The notes under the pieces were generated by a model that searched no databases, was not told where the DNA came from, and worked only from the letters and a program-made list of their open reading frames with translations. Of a stretch of 64,000 nt of DNA, positions 12,390 to 22,096 are shown piece after piece (within the stretch, counting starts at the first letter, position 1; each line of letters opens with the position of its first letter). Both the position numbers and the translations under genes were made by a program. Source of the DNA: an uncultured bacterium (lineage in GTDB: Bacteria > SAR324 > NAC60-12); NCBI GenBank assembly GCA_965662845.1, contig CBFIJD010000007.1, forward strand, positions 39,317-103,316. The letters run 5' to 3'.

Positions 12390-14201
12390 ATGCCCGCTGA
12401 CTTTATCGCTGTCTTAGATTTTGGTAGCCAATATGCCCACCTGATCGCCAAACGCATCCGCCACTTGGGGTTTTTCACAGAAATCTTTGCGCCATCTGTG
12501 GAGACCCAGCGCCTGCGCGACGCCAAAGGCATTATCTTGTCGGGTGGTCCAGCGTCTGTTTTTGACAACGCGGCGCCAGCGCTCAACCCAGAGATCCTCA
12601 CCCTGTCGCAGCCGATGCTAGGGCTTTGCTACGGTCATCAGCTGATTGCCCAGCACTTTGGTGGAACCGTCGCGAATACAGGACAAGGCGAGTTTGGGAA
12701 GGCGCAGCTGCGTCTGATAAAGACCTCTCCACTTTGGGAACAAGTGCCCGAAACCTCACAAGTCTGGATGAGCCATCAAGACAGCGTGACGCAGCCTCCG
12801 CCAGGCTTTGACGTGATCGCCGAGACTCTCCCCGGCTCCATCGCGGCGATGCAGCACCAGACGCGCCCGCTCTTCACATTGCAGTTTCACCCAGAAGTCA
12901 CAGACTCCCAATGCGGCACCCAAATCCTGCACAACTTTGTGAAGCAGTGTAGCGCGAACAAGAGCTGGAGTATGGAGCGCTTCATCGAAGCGACGACGCA
13001 GCAGCTGCAAGCGGAGGTTGGCGAGCGCAATGTGTTGATGTTTCTCAGCGGCGGTGTGGACTCTTCCGTCGCATTTGCGCTGCTCACCAAAGCGCTGGGC
13101 ACGGAGCGGGTGCTCGGGCTGTTCATCGACAACGGCTTCTTGCGGAAAAACGAAGCCGCGCAGATCATGGAGCGCTACACAGCGCTAGGGCTCACGAACG
13201 TTCGCGCCCGCGACTGCGCTGAGCAATTTCTGCAGGCTATCGCTGGCGAGGTCGACCCACAGCGCAAACGTCAGTCTGTCGGCGCGACGTTTATTCATCG
13301 GCTCAACGCGTTCTTGCAAGAACTCAATCTTGACCCAGAACGCTGGATGCTCGGGCAAGGTACGCTCTATCCTGATATCATCGAGTCAGGGGGAACCGAG
13401 CACGCCAACGTAATCAAATCGCATCACAACCGCGTGCAAGAAGTCCAAGACTTGATGGAGGCCGGACAGGTCGTGGAGCCGCTCAAAGAACTCTACAAAG
13501 ACGAAGTGCGACAAGTTGGAGAGCTGCTCGGTCTACCGCGCGAGATCGTCTGGCGACAGCCGTTCCCCGGCCCTGGGCTCTCCATCAACGTACTCTGCGA
13601 TGATGGGAACACGCCGCTGCGACACGCTTCTCCCGAGACGCTACAAGCTCTGCAAACCTTCGCTTCTGCCACGACGGACCTCTCGTTGCTGCCTGTACGC
13701 TCGGTCGGCGTGCAAGGAGACCAGCGCACCTACACCCAGCCCGCTGTGATCCTCGGAGCGAACGACTGGGACTGGCTCGAAGAGACCTCGATTGCGATTA
13801 CAAATCAAATCCGCGCTGTGAACCGCGTGGTGGCGTATTTGCCGCCAGAACCCGCGACACGGCTGCCTCATTGGAAGTCTCGCCGCGCTTTCTGCGACCA
13901 ACCTCGCCTTGACCTACTGCGCGACGCGGAGGAGATCGTCAGCGCCACCTTTGCGCGTCATGGTTGGATGGAGCGCATCTTCCAGCTACTTGTGATCCTC
14001 CTGCCAATCTCGCAAACTGGGACGCAAGACAGCGTCGTGCTCCGACCTGTGATCTCCGAAGATGTGATGACGGCCCGCTTTGCGCCGATCGGCTGGGACG
14101 TCGTGCAAGAGACGCTCACCCAACTCTACGCCTTGAGCGGTATTGACTCGGTCTTTTTTGATGTGACGCACAAGCCACCAGCTACGTTTGGTTGGGAATA
14201 G
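12390..14201 (+). CDS. guaA: GMP synthase (glutamine-hydrolysing), long form
   Basis: LDFGSQY, GLCYGHQ, FHPEV, SGGVDS, IKSHHN, PFPGPGL and KPPATFGWE motifs. Confidence 0.97.
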   Translation: MPADFIAVLDFGSQYAHLIAKRIRHLGFFTEIFAPSVETQRLRDAKGIILSGGPASVFDNAAPALNPEILTLSQPMLGLCYGHQLIAQHFGGTVANTGQGEFGKAQLRLIKTSPLWEQVPETSQVWMSHQDSVTQPPPGFDVIAETLPGSIAAMQHQTRPLFTLQFHPEVTDSQCGTQILHNFVKQCSANKSWSMERFIEATTQQLQAEVGERNVLMFLSGGVDSSVAFALLTKALGTERVLGLFIDNGFLRKNEAAQIMERYTALGLTNVRARDCAEQFLQAIAGEVDPQRKRQSVGATFIHRLNAFLQELNLDPERWMLGQGTLYPDIIESGGTEHANVIKSHHNRVQEVQDLMEAGQVVEPLKELYKDEVRQVGELLGLPREIVWRQPFPGPGLSINVLCDDGNTPLRHASPETLQALQTFASATTDLSLLPVRSVGVQGDQRTYTQPAVILGANDWDWLEETSIAITNQIRAVNRVVAYLPPEPATRLPHWKSRRAFCDQPRLDLLRDAEEIVSATFARHGWMERIFQLLVILLPISQTGTQDSVVLRPVISEDVMTARFAPIGWDVVQETLTQLYALSGIDSVFFDVTHKPPATFGWE

Positions 14202-14241
14202 CAATCATCTGTGAATCATTCATGAAGAGAAGGTAGGCCTT

Positions 14242-14778
14242 ATGGTCATTTCCCGTCCACTCCAGCTTCCTCGCACCGAAGACATCCACGAAGAGAACCT
14301 TGTGCCGGTGGTTCGCCAACTTGCCAGTGCGGTGAGTGAACTGACGGACGTACAGAACAGCCGCGACATGCAGCTCGTCAACGCGATTGGCGACGTCAAA
14401 ACAGAGGTGAAAGGCTTGCGCAAAGAGTTTGAAACTTCCCGCAAGGACTCGAACGCTCGCCTGGATCAAACGAACAGCCGCTTAGATCAAACGAACAGCC
14501 GTCTGGAAGAGACGAACAGCCGCCTAGATCAAACCAACAGTCGTCTGGATCAAACGAACCAGCGCCTTGACAACCTGCATGACGACTTTGGTCAACTCCG
14601 CGCAGAGTTCGAAGGCTTTCGCTCCGACGCGAACCAGCGTCTGGATCAAACGAACCAGCGTCTGGACCAAACGAACAGCCGTCTGGACCAAACGAACCAG
14701 CGTCTGGAGAACCTAGAGCACTCACAGTCCGAGATGGTCGAGTTGCTCAAAATGATCGCTCACAACACCTCGAAGTGA
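14242..14778 (+). CDS. Heptad-repeat coiled-coil protein (RLDQTN[S/Q])
   Basis: 178-aa ORF with 8 near-identical heptads; purine-rich RBS-like sequence upstream. Confidence 0.8.
   Translation: MVISRPLQLPRTEDIHEENLVPVVRQLASAVSELTDVQNSRDMQLVNAIGDVKTEVKGLRKEFETSRKDSNARLDQTNSRLDQTNSRLEETNSRLDQTNSRLDQTNQRLDNLHDDFGQLRAEFEGFRSDANQRLDQTNQRLDQTNSRLDQTNQRLENLEHSQSEMVELLKMIAHNTSK
14458..14700 (+). repeat. 21-bp coding tandem repeat, 5 units (14458-14562) + 3 units (14638-14700)
   Basis: Unit consensus CGTCTGGATCAAACGAACAGC/CAG read directly. Confidence 0.9.
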
Positions 14779-14793
14779 CCGCAATAGCCACAA

Positions 14794-15297
14794 ATGAATC
14801 CCCAAGATCCCCTCGCTGAGTTGCGTGAGATTGTCATCCCGCCTCCACCGTCGTTCTGGCCGCTGGCGCCGGGGTGGTGGCTCGCGCTCGCGTTGCTGCT
14901 CACCGTTCTGTTAGTCCTCAGTTGGCTGACGTGGCGCTGGTGGCGCCGTACGGCGCCGCGGCGGATGGCTCTGCGCCAGTTGCAAGCGCTGCGAACAGAG
15001 CTTCACGCTGCAGAGGACACGCTGCTGATAGTGCGGCGTTTGTCACAGCTGTTGCGTGAGACGGCGTTGCGCTGTCACCCGTGGGAACGAGTTGCCGGAT
15101 TGCACGGACAAGCGTGGTTGGAATTTCTCGACAGCACTGGTGGTGCGCAACAATTCACCCAAGGTGAGGGCAAAATCCTCGCAGAAGCTCCTTATCGCGC
15201 CGAAGTGCAAGATGTCGAGCCTGCGAGGCTGTTCCCCATTTGCCAAGCTTGGATTCGCCAACAACGGCTCCCTTCTTCCCGCAGTGCTCATGCTTGA
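14794..15297 (+). CDS. DUF4381 family membrane protein (MoxR/Bat-type cluster component)
   Basis: LAELREIVIPPPPSFWPLAPGWW and AGLHGQAWLEFLD motifs; directly upstream of the VWA gene. Confidence 0.85.
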   Translation: MNPQDPLAELREIVIPPPPSFWPLAPGWWLALALLLTVLLVLSWLTWRWWRRTAPRRMALRQLQALRTELHAAEDTLLIVRRLSQLLRETALRCHPWERVAGLHGQAWLEFLDSTGGAQQFTQGEGKILAEAPYRAEVQDVEPARLFPICQAWIRQQRLPSSRSAHA

Positions 15298-16312
15298 ATT
15301 TCTCTGGCCTTGGCTCGCGCTCGCGTGGCCGCTTCCCTTGCTGATTCGGTGGTTTTGGTCGGCAGAGGCTACTCCTCCAGCGGCGCTGCGTGTTCCGTTC
15401 CTGCATCGCTTGCAGCAGCTCTCTGCGGCGCAAGAGTCGCCGTTGCCACGTCGTTCGTGGGCACCATTGGCGTTCGCGTTGTTGTTGTGGACGCTCCTCG
15501 TTATCGCGGCGCTGCGTCCGCAGTGGGTAGGTGATCCCATTGAGCTGCCGGTCTCTGGGCGCAGCTTGATGTTAGCGGTCGATTTGTCAGGTAGCATGAA
15601 AGAAGAAGATTTGCAGCTTCGCGGAGACTACGTCACGCGCTTGACGGTCGTGCAGTCGGTTTTGGAGGAGTTCATTGCGCGGCGGGAAGGCGATCGCCTC
15701 GGGCTGATTTTGTTCGGTGAGCAGGCGTACTTGCAGACGCCGCTGACTTTTGATCGCAACACGATTCAGCAAATGCTGCGCGAAGCCGTGATTGGACTGG
15801 CGGGGGAACGTACGGCCATCGGGAACGCGATTGGGCTCGGGGTGAAGCGCTTGCAAGAGCTGGAAGAGTCGGAGCGCGTGCTGATCTTGTTGACGGACGG
15901 GGCAAACACGGCGGGTGACATCTCCCCAGGACAAGCAGCGCGGCTCGCGGCGCAGGCAGGCATTCGCATCTATACGATTGGTGTCGGTGCTGATGAAATG
16001 CTGGTGCGCACCTTCTTCGGGACGCAACGGGTCAATCCTTCTCGTGACCTTGATGAGCAGCTGCTACAGAGCATCGCTGTTCAAACGGGAGGCCGCTACT
16101 TCCGCGCTCGCAGCACGCAAGAGCTGGCGCAAATTTATCAACTCCTCGATGAGTTGGAACCCGTCGAACGCGACGCCGAAGTCTTTCGCCCACTGCAACC
16201 GCTCTACCTCTATCCGCTGGGGCTCGCCTTGTTGTTGAGCGCGCTGTGGGTGCTTCGCGACCTCTGGCGACAAAACATCGCTCCTCGCCTCCGCAAGCCA
16301 GCGCATGGCTGA
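15290..16312 (+). CDS. VWA-domain membrane protein (BatA-like)
   Basis: MIDAS DLSGSM, TAIGNAIG, LTDGANTAG and TGGRYFRA motifs; N- and C-terminal TM segments. Confidence 0.9.
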   Translation: MLEFLWPWLALAWPLPLLIRWFWSAEATPPAALRVPFLHRLQQLSAAQESPLPRRSWAPLAFALLLWTLLVIAALRPQWVGDPIELPVSGRSLMLAVDLSGSMKEEDLQLRGDYVTRLTVVQSVLEEFIARREGDRLGLILFGEQAYLQTPLTFDRNTIQQMLREAVIGLAGERTAIGNAIGLGVKRLQELEESERVLILLTDGANTAGDISPGQAARLAAQAGIRIYTIGVGADEMLVRTFFGTQRVNPSRDLDEQLLQSIAVQTGGRYFRARSTQELAQIYQLLDELEPVERDAEVFRPLQPLYLYPLGLALLLSALWVLRDLWRQNIAPRLRKPAHG

Positions 16313-17261
16313 GTTCCCGCTCCCGGCCTCGCTGCTGCCTCTGCTGTTTGCGCAGAGTCCACACGGGCTGCTGCTGGTGCAACATGACCAAATCCTCCGC
16401 GCTAACCCGGCGGCGCAGCGCTGGCTGTCCCTCTCGGTTTCTCTGCCGTGCGCGCTCCGCGACGTGTTGCCAGAGGTCGCCGGATCGTTCCAGACACAGC
16501 ACCTGCGGTTGAGAGATCAACGGTCTGGGACGCTGCGTTGGTTCCCGTTAGAGCAAGATCATTGGCTCGCGCAACTGGAAGCCTCCGAGAGCTTGGAACC
16601 TCGCCACGCTCGCAAAGAAGGCATCGGAGATGCGACCTCGGCGCTGGCTCACGAGCTGCGCACACCACTCGCCACGATTCGGATGATCACAGAGAATTTC
16701 CAGCTTCGCCAACAGCTTGGCAAAGAGCTAACGCTGGAGAACTTCGCCAAGTTGCCAGACATCGTCGAGCAGTGTGACCAGATTCTGGAGACGATGCTCG
16801 CGCTCGGGCGTAGCCCTGAGTTTGACCAGCCGGCAGTCCTGCCGCTCAACAAGCTGGTGAAGAGCGCTCTACTGCTGCAAAAGCGTTGGCTCTCTCGTCA
16901 GCAGGTGCAACTTCAGCGAGAGTTCTGTGACAGAGAGCCTGTTGTGCGCTGCAAACCATCGCAGTTTGAGCAAACTCTGGGAGCGCTCTGTCAATTTTTG
17001 ATTTTACATACACCCTTTCATCAGAGAGAGCGGACGCTACAAACGAAGACGCTAGTAGCGGGAGAACAGGCGGAATTGGAGCTGCGCACAGCGAGAGAGG
17101 GAGGCGAGGTGAGCTTGGCGGAAAAGTGGGCTCATTTGCGGGCAGCGCTCGCAGAACACGGAGGCGAGCTGCGTGATGAGAGCACCTCCGAGCAATTTTG
17201 TGTGCGGTGGCAGCTACCCTTGCTGGGGTTCGCCGACGAACTGCTGCACGACGGGACGTAA
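16305..17261 (+). CDS. PAS-like + HisKA protein with degenerate ATPase domain
   Basis: PHGLLLV...RANPAA PAS-like start; intact AHELRTPL H-box; no DxGxG. Confidence 0.7.
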   Translation: MAEFPLPASLLPLLFAQSPHGLLLVQHDQILRANPAAQRWLSLSVSLPCALRDVLPEVAGSFQTQHLRLRDQRSGTLRWFPLEQDHWLAQLEASESLEPRHARKEGIGDATSALAHELRTPLATIRMITENFQLRQQLGKELTLENFAKLPDIVEQCDQILETMLALGRSPEFDQPAVLPLNKLVKSALLLQKRWLSRQQVQLQREFCDREPVVRCKPSQFEQTLGALCQFLILHTPFHQRERTLQTKTLVAGEQAELELRTAREGGEVSLAEKWAHLRAALAEHGGELRDESTSEQFCVRWQLPLLGFADELLHDGT

Positions 17262-17858
17262 GGTCTCTAGCACCGTGTCCGCCATGATTTTGTGCCCTGC
17301 GGGGTTTGGGTGAATGCCATCTGGCAGGTTCAGCGAGCGCACGCCGCCGACATCTTGTAAGAGGAAGGGCACCATGGGGAGCTGGTAAGCTTCGGCGACT
17401 TCAAAGAAAGCTTGGCGGTAGGCGGTCGTGTATTCCTCGCCGTAGTTCATCGGCATCTGCATGCCTGTCATCACCACGCGGACATTCTCGGCTTGTGCCA
17501 TCTCAATCGCTTTGGAGAGGTTCTCCTTCATGCTCCCCACGTCGAGCCCTCGGAGTCCGTCATTGGCGCCTAACGCCAACAACATGATGTGCGGCTTCTG
17601 GCGCAGGTACCACTTCAGCCGACTGGGAGCGCTGGCGCTTGTGGCCCCACTGAAGCCACCGTTGATCATCTTTACGTCAAAGCCTTCGGTGCGTAACTGC
17701 TGTTCCACGATGTACGGAAACGCCTCATCTTCAGCGACGCCAAAGCCCTCGGTGAGGGAGTCACCCAACGCCAAAATTCTCACTTCCGCCATTGCTCCCA
17801 AGGGAAAAAAGCCGCACACTGTCAGCACCAAAATCACGAAGTAGCTGATTTTCTTCAT
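17214..17858 (-). CDS. tesA: Arylesterase / acyl-CoA thioesterase I (SGNH/GDSL)
   Basis: Signal peptide; GDSL, LGANDGLRG and DGIHPN motifs. Confidence 0.9.
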   Translation of the reverse strand: MKKISYFVILVLTVCGFFPLGAMAEVRILALGDSLTEGFGVAEDEAFPYIVEQQLRTEGFDVKMINGGFSGATSASAPSRLKWYLRQKPHIMLLALGANDGLRGLDVGSMKENLSKAIEMAQAENVRVVMTGMQMPMNYGEEYTTAYRQAFFEVAEAYQLPMVPFLLQDVGGVRSLNLPDGIHPNPAGHKIMADTVLETLRPVVQQFVGEPQQG

Positions 17859-17929
17859 CGTTCTCCTTTGCTCAAGAGTTCTTGAAAGACCTCTCTGAGT
17901 CTAACGACGCTTTGCCACGCTGACAACTC

Positions 17930-19015
17930 ATGACTGCATACATCCTCCGCCGCTTGCTGCTGATGGTCCCCACACTGATTGGAATCATGACCATCAACTT
18001 TGTGATTGTGCAGATCGCGCCGGGCGGTCCCGTAGATCAGTTCATCGCGCGGATGCAAGGACACGGCGGCATGGACGCGACGGCACGCCTCACCAACACC
18101 GCGAACGAGAACGCTGGGAGCTCAAGCGCAGAATCCAAGACGCGCGGGGCACAAGGCATTGACCCCGACTTGTTACGTGAGATTGAGAAGTTGTATGGCT
18201 TCGACAAGCCGGCACATGAGCGATACGTCGACATGCTCGTCAACTATGCGGTGTTTGACTTTGGCGAGAGCTTTTATCGCGACCGCACGGTGACGGAATT
18301 GATTCTGGAGAAGCTGCCGGTCTCGGCCTCGTTGGGCATCTGGAGCACGCTGCTGGTCTATCTGGTGTGCATCCCGCTGGGCATCCGAAAAGCGGTGCGT
18401 CACGGCTCGCGCTTTGACGTCTGGACCTCGACCACGATCATTATCGGCAACGCGATCCCCGTGTTTTTGTTTGCGATTCTGCTGATCATTTTGTTTGCGG
18501 GAGGCAATTACCTCAACTGGTTCCCGCTGCGAGGACTGACGTCGGATCACTTCGCCGAGCTCAGCCTCTTCGGACAAATCCTCGACTATTTCTGGCACCT
18601 CGCCTTGCCATTGACCGCGATTGTGATTGGCAGCTTCGCCACGTTGACCATGCTCACCAAGAACTCCTTCCTCGATGAAATCGGCAAGCAATACGTCGTG
18701 ACCGCCCGCGCCAAAGGCTTGCCCGAACGCCGCGTGCTCTACGGACACGTCTTCCGCAACGCGATGCTGATCATCATCGCAGGGTTCCCAGCGGCGTTCA
18801 TCAGCATGTTCTTCACGGGCTCGCTGTTGATTGAGGTGATCTTCTCCCTTGATGGGCTCGGTTTGCTCGGCTTTGAAGCGACGATCCAGCGTGACTATCC
18901 CGTTATGTTCGGTACGCTGTATATCTTCACGCTGCTCGGTCTCATCGTGAACCTCATCAGCGACGTGCTCTACACCGTGATTGATCCCCGCATCGACTTT
19001 GAAGCGCGGGGGTAG
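17930..19015 (+). CDS. yejB: Peptide/microcin C ABC transporter permease YejB
   Basis: [36 protein letters not shown] and DPRIDFE motifs; partners absent locally. Confidence 0.9.
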   Translation: MTAYILRRLLLMVPTLIGIMTINFVIVQIAPGGPVDQFIARMQGHGGMDATARLTNTANENAGSSSAESKTRGAQGIDPDLLREIEKLYGFDKPAHERYVDMLVNYAVFDFGESFYRDRTVTELILEKLPVSASLGIWSTLLVYLVCIPLGIRKAVRHGSRFDVWTSTTIIIGNAIPVFLFAILLIILFAGGNYLNWFPLRGLTSDHFAELSLFGQILDYFWHLALPLTAIVIGSFATLTMLTKNSFLDEIGKQYVVTARAKGLPERRVLYGHVFRNAMLIIIAGFPAAFISMFFTGSLLIEVIFSLDGLGLLGFEATIQRDYPVMFGTLYIFTLLGLIVNLISDVLYTVIDPRIDFEARG

Positions 19016-19073
19016 CGTCCGCAAATGTCGTCGGACGCACGAGCGCACGTCGAAACACCCCACACAGGAACGC

Positions 19074-19901
19074 ATGTCCCGCTCTCGCTGGCTCGGATTT
19101 CTCATCTTTTGCGGATTTCTTGGATTATCCACCCAACTTCTGGCGGCTCCCTCTGCCGAGCTGTGGCCCCGCTGGGAGGCGCACAATTCGAGCGCCTCAG
19201 CACAGATCGACCATACGCCTTGGGACGAGTTTCTGTCCCGCTTTCTGGACGCCAACACGGCCTCTGGCATTCACCTGATGCGCTACGCGCAAGTGGACGC
19301 AGCCTCGCGTCAGCGACTGCAACGCTACCTGCAACAGTTACAAAACACGCCGATTTCGCAGTTCAACCGCGACGAACAGATGGCGTTCTGGATCAATCTC
19401 TACAACGCCCGCACCGTCGAGTTGATTCTGCAGGAAGCTCCGGTTTCTTCGATTACCGACATTTCGTTTAGCCTCTTCAGCTTTGGGCCGTGGGGCGAAG
19501 AGCTGCTGACCGTCGAGAACGAAAGGCTCTCGCTAGACGACATCGAGCACCGCATCTTGCGCCCCATCTGGAGAGACCCACGCATTCACTACGCGGTGAA
19601 CTGCGCCAGCCTCGGGTGCCCCAACTTGCAACCCAAAGCCTTCACCGCGGCGACCTTAGAAGCGCAGCTCGAACAAGCCGCCCGCGAGTTTGTGAACCAC
19701 CCCCGCGGGGTCCGCTTTGAAGGCGAAGCCTTAATCCTCTCCAAAATTTACGATTGGTTTCAGGAAGATTTTGGGGCTCACGAAGCGGACGTCCTCCGCC
19801 ACCTGGTGCTCTATGCCGAACCAGAGTTGGCCGAACGCTTGCGGTCTTTCGAGGGAGAGATCGACTACGAATATGACTGGAATCTCAACGAGGAGCGCTG
19901 A
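19074..19901 (+). CDS. DUF547 domain exported protein
   Basis: AFWINLYNA, LDDIEH.ILR and DPRIHYAVNCASLGCP motifs; signal peptide. Confidence 0.9.
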   Translation: MSRSRWLGFLIFCGFLGLSTQLLAAPSAELWPRWEAHNSSASAQIDHTPWDEFLSRFLDANTASGIHLMRYAQVDAASRQRLQRYLQQLQNTPISQFNRDEQMAFWINLYNARTVELILQEAPVSSITDISFSLFSFGPWGEELLTVENERLSLDDIEHRILRPIWRDPRIHYAVNCASLGCPNLQPKAFTAATLEAQLEQAAREFVNHPRGVRFEGEALILSKIYDWFQEDFGAHEADVLRHLVLYAEPELAERLRSFEGEIDYEYDWNLNEER

Positions 19902-19902
19902 C

Positions 19903-22095
19903 ATGAACCCCTTTCTGCAAGACCGCCAACGCTGGGTGCTGGGCCTCGTAGTGTTGCTCGTCGGGCTGTTTTTTGTGCTGGATCTGCCAAATGTGCTGAC
20001 GTTGGAAAACCTCAAAGCCTCGCGGGAAGGCTTCCGAGAGTCTTATGCTGCGAATCCCTTTTGGTTTGGGATGCTCTACTTCGTGGGATACGTGATCGTG
20101 ACGGCGTCTTCGGTGCCGGGGGCTGCCGTGCTGACGCTCGCGGGAGGCGCGGTGTTTGGGCTGGTCGGCGGCACGCTGCTGGTCTCGTTCGCCAGCACGA
20201 TCGGCGCAACGTTGGCGATGCTCGCGGCGCGATTTCTGTTATATCCCAGCGTAGAAAAACGCTTTGGGGACTCCTTGCGGCGCCTCAACCGTGGCGTTGA
20301 GCGGGAGGGAGCCTTCTACTTGTTCACGTTGCGGTTGGTTCCGATTGTGCCGTTTTTCGTCATCAATTTGGGCATGGGGCTCACCAAAATGCCGGCTCGC
20401 ACCTTTTATTGGGTCAGCCAGCTGGGCATGTTGCCCGGAACCATCGTCTATGTGAACGCTGGCGCTGAGCTTGGACAAATCGAATCGATGGGCGACATCT
20501 TGTCTGGCAGCCTGCTGTTTTCCTTCGCCTTGTTGGGGATCTTCCCTCTTGTCGCTAAGAAAGGAGTGGAAGCCTATCGCAAGCGTCGCGCCCCGCAGCC
20601 TACGTCTACGACCTCAAGCAGCTCCGCCCAAGTGAACGCTGCGCCTGCCGTACACACACCGCGACCTTACGATTACAACCTCGTCGCGATTGGCGCGGGC
20701 GCGGCGGGTCTCGTCACGACGTACATGGGCGCCGCGTTGCAAGCTCGCGTGGCGTTGATCGAGAAGCACAAAATGGGCGGTGACTGCTTGAACACCGGCT
20801 GCGTGCCCAGCAAAGCGCTATTGAGCAGCGCCAAAGCCGCACAACAGATGCGAAACGCCGCGAAATACGGGCTCGAACCCGTCGAGGTGCAGGTGAACTT
20901 TGCGCAGGTGATGACGCAGGTGCAGCAAATCATTCAGCGCATCGAGCCGCACGACAGCGTCGAGCGTTACACGGCGCTTGGCGTGGAGTGTCTGCAAGGC
21001 GAGGCGTTCGTGCATTCGCCCAACGAGGTCGAAGTCTTTGGACAAAAGCTCACCACGAGTCGTCTCGTGATCGCGACCGGAGCACGTCCGTTTGTCCCGC
21101 CGATTGTCGGTCTGGAACGAGTCCCGTTCTCGCATTCGGACAACATCTGGGAGCTGCGTCAGCTGCCTCGGCGTTTGGTCGTGATCGGTGGTGGTCCGAT
21201 CGGTTGCGAGCTAGCGCAGGCGTTTCAACGTCTTGGGTCACAGGTCACGTTGCTCGAGCGAGGCCCTGACATCCTGCCCAAAGAAGACCGAGACATGGCG
21301 ACCTTTGTTCAGCGCCGCATGGAAGCCGACGGCGTGCGCATTTTGACCGGTGTGACTCTGGAGAACGTCGCGCGCGTTGGCGACGTGACGCACGTACACC
21401 TGCAGGGGCACGACGGGCAAGTGGTCGCCTGTGAGCACATCCTCGTGGCGGCGGGGCGCAAAGCCAACACAGACGGTTTTGGGCTGGAAGCGCTAGGCGT
21501 GGAGAAAAACCCAGACGGGACGCTGTGGGTGGACGCTCACTTACAGACAAGCGCGGCGGGGATCTATGCGTGTGGCGACGTGGCGGGACCGTATCAGTTC
21601 ACGCACATGGCCGGGCACCAAGGGTGGTATGCGTCGGTCAACGCTCTGTTCTCGCCGCTGAAGCAGTTCGCGGTGGACTACTCGGTCGTGCCTTGGTGCA
21701 CCTACACCGATCCAGAGTTGGCGCATGTCGGCCTGAGCGAGACGATGGCGCAAGCGCAGAACATCCCCTACGAGGTCACGGTCTTCCCGCTGAACGACCT
21801 TGACCGCGCCATCACCGACCGCACAGATGAGGGCCAAATCAAAGTGTTGACGAAGCCCAACTCTGACAAAATCCTCGGCGCGACCATCTGTGGGCATCAC
21901 GCGGGAGACTTGCTGACGGAGTATATTCTGGCGATGAAGCACGGTCTCGGGCTCAACAAAATTCTCGGGACGATTCATCCGTACCCAACGCTCGCGGAAG
22001 GCAACAAGTTGCTCGCTGGGGCGTGGCGTCGAAACCACAGCCCAGCGTGGCTGATGCCGTATCTCAAAGCCTTTCACACGTGGAAGCGGAGCTGA
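19903..22095 (+). CDS. TVP38/DedA (VTT) membrane domain fused to a flavoprotein disulfide oxidoreductase (LpdA/MerA-like)
   Basis: N-terminal LRLVP..PF..IN VTT motif; GAGAAG, GGDCLNTGCVPSK redox disulfide, GGGPIG.E and HPYPT. Confidence 0.9.
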   Translation: MNPFLQDRQRWVLGLVVLLVGLFFVLDLPNVLTLENLKASREGFRESYAANPFWFGMLYFVGYVIVTASSVPGAAVLTLAGGAVFGLVGGTLLVSFASTIGATLAMLAARFLLYPSVEKRFGDSLRRLNRGVEREGAFYLFTLRLVPIVPFFVINLGMGLTKMPARTFYWVSQLGMLPGTIVYVNAGAELGQIESMGDILSGSLLFSFALLGIFPLVAKKGVEAYRKRRAPQPTSTTSSSSAQVNAAPAVHTPRPYDYNLVAIGAGAAGLVTTYMGAALQARVALIEKHKMGGDCLNTGCVPSKALLSSAKAAQQMRNAAKYGLEPVEVQVNFAQVMTQVQQIIQRIEPHDSVERYTALGVECLQGEAFVHSPNEVEVFGQKLTTSRLVIATGARPFVPPIVGLERVPFSHSDNIWELRQLPRRLVVIGGGPIGCELAQAFQRLGSQVTLLERGPDILPKEDRDMATFVQRRMEADGVRILTGVTLENVARVGDVTHVHLQGHDGQVVACEHILVAAGRKANTDGFGLEALGVEKNPDGTLWVDAHLQTSAAGIYACGDVAGPYQFTHMAGHQGWYASVNALFSPLKQFAVDYSVVPWCTYTDPELAHVGLSETMAQAQNIPYEVTVFPLNDLDRAITDRTDEGQIKVLTKPNSDKILGATICGHHAGDLLTEYILAMKHGLGLNKILGTIHPYPTLAEGNKLLAGAWRRNHSPAWLMPYLKAFHTWKRS

Positions 22096-22096
22096 C

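Noticed and set aside
16305..16600. PAS segment as the missing PYP domain
   Set aside because: Lacks the PYP YN..E, NFF and APC motifs
19903..22095. Mercuric reductase MerA
   Set aside because: No C-terminal vicinal Cys pair, no NmerA domain and no mer operon genes
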